From Paramoeba atlantica (lineage: Eukaryota > Protista > Discosea), in assembly GCA_977017575.1 (NCBI GenBank), contig CDRNVI010000091.1, forward strand, positions 19,111 to 83,110: 64,000 nucleotides of DNA. Direction: 5' to 3'. The position numbers were made by a program, and so were the translations under genes. The notes below the pieces were generated by a model. The model was given only the letters and a program-made list of their open reading frames with translations. It searched no databases and had not been told where the DNA came from. How positions within the stretch are numbered: position 1 is the first letter of the stretch; every line of letters starts with the position of its first letter. Below, in pieces: positions 55,486 to 64,000 of this stretch.

Positions 55486-55785
55486 AAAGGAATAGAGTTT
55501 GAAACTGAAAAAAAATGTTACTTGTAATTTGTTGCTTTGGGTGGTTTCAAGACCTTTGGCAATGAAATACCATAGTCCCCCATCACAAGGGAATCGTTTT
55601 TTAGCGAAAAAGGCCAAATATCGGCTATGTCTCTACTTCGTTGAACGATTCAACGAACGGGTTTTGATTTTTTTTCACCGAAATTTTCTAGGATTCTGCC
55701 AGCGAAGCCCACTTCTGGAGGCAAAAGCCCCCGTCTGAGAGCAAGGCCCAACTGTGAGCGAAGCTCACTTCTGGAGAAAGAATTC

Positions 55786-56100
55786 GTGACCCTAAAAGGG
55801 CATCATACAAACCATGCGGAGGCTGCGCATCGGACAATCAAACATTGGATAAAGCAACAACACTACAATTATGGTATGTCTTCAATGGATCTGCGCCGCA
55901 ATGCGGCCTTGAAATGCGTAAAGTACGGGTATGGGAAATCAGAGCGCAAAGAAGCACGGCAGGTGCGTTTTATTTATATACTTGAGTGCATCCGCGATTT
56001 CTACGGATGCGAGGACATTGAAATCATGAATGATCTCAGCGATAGTTTCTGCAGCTTTTCTGAAGCTAGCCAAGAAACTCTTTCCAGTGAGGAAGAGTAA
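55786..56100 (+). pseudogene. Merlin transposase C-terminal remnant
   Basis: EFVTLKGHHTNHAEAAHRTIKHWIK parallels GVHTNTVECANSIVK of the element at 123-1347. Confidence 0.7.
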
Positions 56101-56304
56101 AAAAAATTGCGTGTCATACCTGGTCTATTCTTTTTCATTTTTAACTCCTTTTATACATGTATATAGATCCGTTTGTGCATAGTGTTTTGTACATTATAGG
56201 TCAGGGACATTGTTAGATATACAGTATACTTTCGTGATCTCACAATGTTGGGGTTTAGCGACCCCCACCTTTCCGAGCTACGTCCACAGCAACGTTTTTT
56301 TATA

Positions 56305-57072
56305 CACCCCTGGGCAGCTTCATTTACGCCCCCTACAGGTCTTGCATTTTGTTCGATTTCGGAAATATTTGGTATGGGACTGTTTTTCGCTGCGATCGTC
56401 TCGAATCCGCGGTCCTTTTCATGATTGGAATAATATTTTTTTTACTAAAATGACTAGACAATTTTTGAGGGTGTACACTTTTTTTTTTGAATTTTTTTCT
56501 TGCTTTTAAATAATTTTTTACGTTTTTAAAAATGTAAATCACGCTTAGAGAACGCAAAAAAGACGCTGAATACGTATTCAATAACCAATGTGATCACCTT
56601 TCTTTTCTACCACCAATTTAAGTCGTTTGCGGAAGTCTTTAAATAGATTTCTTAATTTATCGACATGTACTCCTGATAAAACATCTTTTCAAAGTGCCGC
56701 ACCCAATATCTTACTCCATTCCTGGAGATTTTGAGCTCATTAGCTACAGCACGTAGGGATTTTAGTTCCTTGTAGCGTGCTATGATGAGAGTTCGCCTTT
56801 CTGGTGAAATACGCTGATTCGGGAGGGAAGAAGCCCGATACCGTTTGACCATTGAGGAAAAACCCGAAAAAAAGTAGATTTTTCTAGGGTGGGCAAAAAA
56901 AATTGACTTTTTGGACAAAAATTTTAAGGTCTCGGAGCAAATCAAGGTCGCTCGAGTGAAAACGACCGCGGATTCGAGACGATCGAAGCGAAAAACAGTC
57001 CCATACCAAATATTTCCGAAATCGAACAAAATACAAGACCTGTGGGGGGGTAAATGAAGCTGCCCAGGGGTG
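56305..57072 (-). mobile_element. Internally deleted Tc1/mariner-like element retaining its N-terminal HTH
   Basis: TA|CACCCCTGGGCAGC...GCTGCCCAGGGGTG|TA with TIRs of about 115 bp. ORF 56652-56852 reads ISPERRTLIIARYKELKSLRAVANELKISRNGVRYWVRHF. Confidence 0.85.
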
Positions 57073-57370
57073 TACTTTGGTCGAACTGAGTTTTTCGGTG
57101 GTTTTACTCGGTATCGTGTAAAGCCTTGGGGTACATCTCCAGGTACAGACCAGGTATGTATTATTCTACGCGCGCTATATTATATATTTACTTTCAAATA
57201 ATTTTTTAAATGCAAGTTACCAAAACAAGTGTTATCCCTTAAATAACAAAACTTTGTTTTTCCCAAAAAATCTTGCACCTAAACGGTGTTACAGGATAAC
57301 ATACCCACCGGTATGTTATCGTGTTACAGGTATGTTATGCTGTTACAGGTATGTTATGCTGTTACAGGTA

Positions 57371-58481
57371 CTGTGCCCCCCCCTACTTATTTGTCACCAC
57401 GTTTTCAAAAAAAGGACAATTAAGTGGGGGGGTCAATTTATTTGGTTAGATGAAACAAAAGTCCCAAACTTTTTTCATTATTTTCGGAATCTCCAAAGCG
57501 TTCGGATAAAGTTGGCTTTACAGAAACGGTATCTTTATCGTATGAGTAGTTTTTCTACCTTTCCTGTACTAGTAAAGTTTATAGTAGTAGTAGTTTCTTT
57601 TGTCAAACCGCTATAAGGTATGGGGTTTGATAGAGCACCGACTCGTGGGGCAGGAGGCCATATTGTAACCCAAGCATCAAGGCGGCATGGGCGAGACGAC
57701 CGGGATGGTGGTGGGAAATGACTGTTCGCAGTGAGGGAAGAAGGGAGTGGTGGTGGTGGGGAATGGTTGTTCGCAGGGAGGATTCCAAAATTTTACAGGC
57801 GTACTGGAAAGAACCAAAACCATTCTGCGAAAGTCTGAAGGCCATTTTTTTGGGAGTTGAATACGAATGGAAGAAGGACATTCTTTTTTGGCGAGTTCGT
57901 AGTGAAACGGTCTCATCGTGGGTGACACCAAAGTCTACTTATGATGACTTTACTGTTCGTACGGCAGTACGCTGGATTGCACGGCTCCTTTGGGTACTCA
58001 GAATCGCACGCAAACCGCTGTATGAAGTTGATTATGCTCTGGAACTCCTCTTCGAATGTACAAGTCAGGCGCATGCCCATAATTGGGATTCAAGATTATC
58101 TAGCGTACTTCTCTTGCAATGGAACACTGGAAAATCGGATATTTTCCGATTGGCCATAGACCGAACCTGGAACCAAGCCAGCGAACCGCGCACAACAGGA
58201 GTAACTCTTTATACTGCCACAGACGCGTCAAAACTCTGTGGAAGAGGTGGACTAAGTTTCAAAGAAAAAAAACATAGCTAGGTATAGCGTATTGTGATAT
58301 GAAAAACTTGAAGTAGAAAGTATATACAAACAATACTACTTACTGACATCGGGTTCTGATACACTGTATGTATGAGGTTCGTAGGGAAAAATTGCTCCCC
58401 CCCCCAAACTACTGCCCAGTCTCGTCAAAAAGGACAATTAAGTGGGGGGGGGACTACGACAAATAAGTGGGGGGCGCACAG
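57371..58481. mobile_element. TA-flanked TIR element carrying a retroelement fragment
   Basis: TIRs of about 24 bp, CTGTGC.CCCCC.ACTTATTTGTC. Inserted at the TA of the local repeat CAGGTATGTT, so the empty site is reconstructable. Confidence 0.82.
57718..58281 (+). pseudogene. DIRS-type reverse transcriptase thumb to RNase H start fragment
   Basis: GMVVRREDSKIL...EP...IFLGVEY...TVRTAVRWIARLL...LYTATDASKLCGRGG. TDAS..G.GG is the DIRS-type RNase H first motif. Confidence 0.62.
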
Positions 58482-58957
58482 TATGTTAACTTGTGTGCAA
58501 CTCTGTACTTGAATGCTCATGTTGATAAGAAAACAAAAAAATGATCAGTACTACACATGAGGGGCTGCGGGTACTTCCACCGAGACCGCACCGAGACCGC
58601 GGTTAGTATTTTCGGTGGGGAGAGATAGAAAAAGAGTAAAAAGTTTACATTTGTTTATTATTTTTATGTGGAATTTCCGATTCGGTGTACGCTTCTAGCT
58701 ATATTTTCCTTTGTTTCTTTGTCTGAATCATTTTCATCCTTTCTACTAACAATAGTTCGGTTCGTTTCCCACTCAGCCGCAGTATGATTTCGATTCGATT
58801 ATAAATTTAAGTTTGAAATCTAGGTGAAAGTAAAGGAAAATTCGCTTTTCTTATGACTTTTTAGCTTGACATTTTTCCTTTCGACAAAAGGACATTATCT
58901 ACGTACATAATATTGTATATGACTATTGTATACCCTTTTTCCGTTATTTTCTATGGT

Positions 58958-59340
58958 ATGCCAGGGGTGTCGGGGGTTCGCTTGTCGAAGAAAGTTCACC
59001 CTCATCCGTATATCACGCCGGACGGAAGCATAGTGCGAGCAGTGGCTTCAATGCCATGGGCTTGTCACGAGAAGGGTTTTCTGTGGAAAAAGGACACACT
59101 CATCACCAAAAGAAATGGAATTAGAGGATAGTGTGTGGCACTGTATTAAGAAATGCAAGGGTAGATTTCTAGATAGGGTGTAAAGCATTTTTTTTTGCAA
59201 AAAAGGCGAATTTTGCTTTACTTTAACCGAAATCTACAAGCGATGAAGGTGAGTGTTTATGTAGTAAAGGGTGCGGTGTAGTTGATGGTATCGAAAGCCG
59301 CAGAGAGTGGCTTAAGGAAAATATAGATGGCGTTGCCTAT
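58958..59340 (+). pseudogene. Merlin transposase N-terminal relic
   Basis: CRGFACRRKFTLIRISRRTEA*CEQWLQCHGLVTRRVFCGKRTHSSPKEMELEDSVWHCIKKCKG aligns with CVGFSCRRKLTISKIATWTEKQCVEWLQDHKLV...WKCTKSCKG at 1198-1000. Confidence 0.85.
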
Positions 59341-59359
59341 GAGCCTAAAAAATCAAATG

Positions 59360-59958
59360 CCGGTCGAGCAAAAAATTTGACATTTTTTTAATTTGGTCCT
59401 TCGAGCTCGCAAAAAAAGTCGGACCAATATTTATGTGGACCAAAATTATTGGGGCCAAATTTTTCGTGCATTGAAACAAAAAAGATATATTTTCCTGGTC
59501 TCCCTCGAGGCTTGATATCGTTATTAGATTTTTCGTTTTCCAGAAAATGAAGGACCGTACTTTTAGTTTGTTTTTGCTTTGTGTGCTATTCCAGTAGCTC
59601 ACAATACTAGCAACCTTTCGTGTCACACACAATTCACAAATTGCTATAACTTCTGCCTCACTATATGTGTTATAGTGATGACCCTACATGCGTAGAGTAA
59701 ATCTCTTGATCAAAGATTTTCTGCACCCATTCAACAGACTGAGACATTACACGAAGACTAAAAAAAGAAGTGTCGATTGAAAGAAGCAAAAATTTCTAAT
59801 GAGGAGTTCTAAATTTAGTAAACTTTGAAAACGACTGACAATAAAGTCAAAAAGTATTTTGGACAGCCGCGGAAGGAAAAATAAAGTCGGACCAAAATTT
59901 ATGTGGACCAAATTTGTTGGGGCCAAATAAAAGTGGACCAAATTTTCTGCTCGACCGG
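59360..59958. mobile_element. Inverted-repeat element (about 600 bp)
   Basis: CCGGTCGAGCA.AAAATTT inverted ends and subterminal GGACCAAA repeats near both ends. TSD unclear. Confidence 0.6.
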
Positions 59959-60765
59959 TAAGTGTGCTAAGTAATTATATTTACTTATGGGCGGGGGGAG
60001 GGGGTAGGCTTCCGGTGGGACTAGGGGGTGTACACCAAAAAGAAAAAGATTTACGTTCAAGGCTCGTGATTAATTTGTAGTTATAAATGAGTGTATCAGG
60101 GTTACCCCTTTCTTTGGTAAACTCACGCGTATATTCCTTTTAGTAGATTTGTTACTAACTGTACAGATTTGTTAATATTTGTAAAGATTTGTTAATATTT
60201 CCTCTTCAACAATGTCCGGATTCATGTAGCCTCGCCTTCGCCTTCTACGCCCCTGCCCCCACCCCCTACCCATTCCACACTTTCTGTTCTTGCACTGAGA
60301 TAAGTGCGTACGCCGCACCGAGACCGCACCGAATCCCCACCCGCAGCCCCTCATATGTAAAAAAGTCTCAATTAAGAAAAATTGTCCCCCCAACTCCAAA
60401 ATCCAGAGGGGGGGTATGTTATCCACCCCTGTTCACGATAACATACCCCCCCGGTATGTTATCGTGTTACAGGTATGTTTTCCCGGTCCCCCGTTTATAT
60501 TTTCTAATAATACACGACGTATCTAACACCATGTTTCATCCGTGCGTTTCACATTCATTCACAGGAATCTCCAAACGGGTTAAACAACAACAACAAAAAT
60601 CTACATGAGATCGACTTGCCGAAAAAGAGTTTCTAGTACCACGCGCTACCTTTGTTGCTCCGTTGAGACAATTTAAAATGTTAAAAAAATCGAACGCTCG
60701 CTCGAAAAAAAATTAAAATCCCGTTCGTTGAATATTCAACGAAGTAGAGACGTACCCCAAATATC

Positions 60766-60866
60766 TCTTACTGGGAGGGTACAGTGGCCGATTACGAATG
60801 GAGTCATAAACGTAATAGTGTAGTGACTCCAGCAAGTGCACCCATTGCACAGACTAAAGTTAAATA
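60766..60866 (-). pseudogene. 3' end of a third LRR copy, truncated by the hairpin-ended element
   Basis: Matches 54777-54880 and then switches to ATTGCGGTGG. Confidence 0.85.
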
Positions 60867-62746
60867 TTGCGGTGGTTGTAAAACTACCGCTCTACACTCG
60901 ATTATTGAAAAAAAAGTGAACAAAAACAGTGAAAATATAAAGAGGAACACAGTAATATAATAGAAGAAAAAAATATTGCGGTGGTTGTAAAACTACCGCT
61001 CTACACTCGATTATTGAAAAAAAAGTGAACAAAAACAGTGAAAATATAAAGGGGAACACAGTAATATAATAGAAGAAAAAAATATAAAAGGGGGCTCCGG
61101 TGGTCCAAAACTGAAAAAAAATTTTGAAAAAAATGGGGGGTCCATGGGGGGGGTCCAGGGGGGGGGTCCAGGGGGGGGGGGGTCCAGGGGGGGGGGTCCA
61201 GGGGGGGGGGGCATGGTCGATCAAATTTTTTCGAAAAAATTAGTTTTCGAAAAAAAACCGCAGAAAGGGTAGCCGGGGTCTTGGCGCGTATTTTCCACCC
61301 CCCTACCCGGGGGTGACCCCCCCGCGTATCCGCAGGACGGGTCCGCCAAGTTCGGATTTTTTCGGAAAAAAGTTTTTGAAAAAAATTTCAACTTGGCGAA
61401 AAAAATGACAAAAAAAATAATTTTCCAAAATCGTTTCCCCTATTGTATTTTGATAGTTTGGGACCTACACTAGCTTTCTACGCAGTTGTTTTCGCAAGGT
61501 ATCACTTCTTCGAACTGTGGTGCGCCCCCCAAAATGACCCATTTTTGACTAAAAAAGGTGAAAAAGTATTTTTCGGACCTAAAGGGGCATTTTTGTGTCG
61601 AAAAAATGGTATGGTTGGAGTCGCATTCTCTACCCAATACGTTCGGTAGGCTTTCATTCATGCCTGCGAGTGATTTCCCACGCGCAAATGTCGGATTTAG
61701 TGCTCTGAGAGCAAAAATATGCGAAAATGACCCCATTTGTACCCGAAATTTGGCTATTTTTGGCTATAATCTTTCCGTTTTCCAGGCTAAATTTTCTTTT
61801 TTAGGCTCTTCGTTAAACGCGGCGGTAGTTTTCAACGCGAAGCGCGCAGCATGAGTGACTTCTAAGTTGAAAGCAACCACCGCGTTTAACGAAGAGCCTA
61901 AAAAAGAAAATAAAAGGGGGCTCCGGTGGTCCAAAACTGAAAAAAAAATTTGAAAAAAATGGGGGGTCCATGGGGGGGGTCCAGGGGGGGGGGTCCAGGG
62001 GGGGGGTCCAGGGGGGGGGTCCAGGGGGGGGGTCCAGGGGGGGGGGCATGGTCGATCAAATTTTTTCGAAAAAATTAGTTTTCGAAAAAAAACTGCAGAA
62101 AGGGTAGCCGGGGTCTTGGCGCGCATTTTCCACCCCCCTACCCGGGGGTGACCCCCCCGCGTATCCGCAGGACGGGTCCGCCAAGTTCGGATTTTTTCGG
62201 AAAAATTTTTTTGAAAAAAAATTCAACTTGGCGAAAAAAATGACAAAAAAAATATTTTTCCAAAATCGTTTCCCCTATTGTATTTTGATAGTTTGGGACC
62301 TACACTAGCTTTCTACGCAGTTGTTTTCGCAAGGTATCACTTCTTCGAACTGTGGTGCGCCCCTCAAAATGACCCACTTTTGACTAAAAAAGGTGAAAAA
62401 GTATTTTTCGGACCTAAAGGGGCATTTTTGTGTCGAAAGAATGGTATGGTTGGAGTCGTATTCTCTACCCAATACGTTCGGTAGGCTTTCATTCATGCCT
62501 GCGAGTGATTTCCCACGCGCAAATGTCGGATTTAGTGCTCTGAGAGCAAAAATATGCGAAAATGACCCCATTTGTACCCGAAATTCGGCTATTTTTGGCT
62601 ATAATCTTTCCGTTTTCCAGGCTAAATTTTCTTTTTTAGGCTCTTCGTTAAACGCGGCGGTAGTTTTCAACGCGAAGCGCGCAGCATGAGTGACTTCTAA
62701 GTTGAAAGCAACCACCGCGTTTAACGAAGAGCCTAAAAAAGAAAAT
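60866..62746 (+). repeat. Two tandem copies of the hairpin-ended element
   Basis: Duplicated 5' module at 60866-60975. 3' hairpins at 61791-61911 and 62626-62746. Confidence 0.9.
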
Positions 62747-62839
62747 AATATTTATAAACCCCTATTATAATATATATTTAATATAAACCACCGTCCGGGT
62801 TATTATACCTAGGAGGTATAATAAGTGTCCCTAGGTATA

Positions 62840-64000
62840 ATTTTCTTTTTTAGGCTCTTCGTTAAACGCGGTGGTTGCTTTCAACTTAGAAGTCACTCAT
62901 GCTGCGCGCTTCGCGTTGAAAACTACCGCCGCGTTTAACGAAGAGCCTAAAAAAGAAAATTTAGCCTGGAAAACGGAAAGATTATAGCCAAAAATAGCCA
63001 AATTTCGGGTACAAATGGGGTCATTTTCGCATATTTTTGCTCTCAGAGCACTAAATCCGACATTTGCGCGTGGGAAATCACTCGCAGGCATGAATGAAAG
63101 CCTACCGAACGTATTGGGTAGAGAATGCGACTCCAACCATACCATTTTTTCGACACAAAAATGCCCCTTTAGGTCCGAAAAATACTTTTTCACCTTTTTT
63201 AGTCAAAAATGGGTCATTTTGGGGGGCGCACCACAGTTCGAAGAAGTGATACCTTGCGAAAACAACTGCGTAGAAAGCTAGTGTAGGTCCCAAACTATCA
63301 AAATACAATAGGGGAAACGATTTTGGAAAATTATTTTTTTTGTCATTTTTTTCGCCAAGTTGAAATTTTTTTCAAAAACTTTTTTCCGAAAAAATCCGAA
63401 CTTGGCGGACCCGTCCTGCGGATACGCGGGGGGGTCACCCCCGGGTAGGGGGGTGGAAAATACGCGCCAAGACCCCGGCTACCCTTTCTGCGGTTTTTTT
63501 TCGAAAACTAATTTTTTCGAAAAAATTTGATCGACCATGCCCCCCCCCCCCCTGGACCCCCCCCCTGGACCCCCCCCCTGGACCCCCCATTTTTTTCAAA
63601 ATTTTTTTTCAGTTTTGGACCACCGGAGCCCCCTTTTATATTTTTTTCTTCTATTATATTACTGTGTTCCCCTTTATATTTTCACTGTTTTTGTTCACTT
63701 TTTTTTCAATAATCGAGTGTAGAGCGGTAGTTTTACAACCACCGCAATTTTCTTTTTTAGGCTCTTCGTTAAACGCGGTGGTTGCTTTCAACTTAGAAGT
63801 CACTCATGCTGCGCGCTTCGCGTTGAAAACTACCGCCGCGTTTAACGAAGAGCCTAAAAAAGAAAATTTAGCCTGGAAAACGGAAAGATTATAGCCAAAA
63901 ATAGCCGAATTTCGGGTACAAATGGGGTCATTTTTGCATATTTTTGCTCTCAGAGCACTAAATCCGACATTTGCGCGTGGGAAATCACTCGCAGGCATGA
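62840..64000 (-). repeat. Tandem copies of the hairpin-ended element in inverted orientation, running off the window
   Basis: Hairpins at 62840-62960 and 63747-63867. Core is the reverse complement of 60976-61790. Confidence 0.9.

Larger units (their letters stand above)
58554..60357. mobile_element. TA-flanked TIR element containing a Merlin N-terminal relic and a further nested element
   Basis: TA|CACATGAGGGGCTGCGGGT ... ACCCGCAGCCCCTCATATG|TA, 18/19 matching. Confidence 0.78.
55623..60756. mobile_element. Merlin-type composite element (5134 bp) filled with nested TIR elements
   Basis: Imperfect TIRs of about 50 bp: GGCTATGTCTCTACTTCGTTGAA... and the reverse complement of ...TTCAACGAAGTAGAGACGTACC. 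A 9-bp direct repeat CCAAATATC flanks both ends (55614-55622, 60757-60765). Confidence 0.88.

Noticed and set aside
61791-62960. Hairpin telomeres made by a protelomerase
   Set aside because: The hairpins are internal and multicopy. The nearby YR has a DIRS/Crypton-type GxLRxSE motif rather than a protelomerase one, and it is broken.
1-64000. Spliced-leader RNA genes, rRNA, tRNA, telomeric TTAGGG arrays, minicircle conserved blocks
   Set aside because: None recognised by eye. A covariance-model scan would be needed to exclude small RNAs.

Overview
Eukaryotic, intron-free, gene-dense DNA organised like a kinetoplastid chromosome. The LRR family, PEX19, Fe-SOD and helical-repeat mitochondrial RNA proteins suggest a Perkinsela-like prokinetoplastid; this is inferred, not searched. 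A + strand cluster (1.8-28.9 kb) encodes PEX19, Fe-SOD, a DWNN/RING protein, KLHDC4, a 2384-aa helical-repeat protein, a Yvh1 zinc-binding-domain protein, a WD40/coiled-coil protein and 4 LRR genes. A - strand cluster (45.2-55.5 kb) encodes EIF1AD-like, DIM1, PPR-like, CLP1 and 2 LRR proteins. The clusters converge on a 16-kb gene-free strand-switch region. That region holds a scrambled Helitron2/Helentron-like relic, about 0.9-kb hairpin-ended non-autonomous elements, a 4.3-kb 18-bp satellite inside one of those elements, a tyrosine-recombinase relic, a bacterial-type IS30 transposase fragment and a tandem zinc-finger array. A near-intact Merlin transposon (8-bp TSD, one nonsense codon) opens the window. 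A 5.1-kb Merlin-bounded nest of TIR elements (9-bp TSD) and tandem/inverted arrays of the hairpin-ended element close it. Several genes also contain sharp C-rich to G-rich strand-skew flips that alter synonymous codon choice. All family assignments come from reading motifs by eye.
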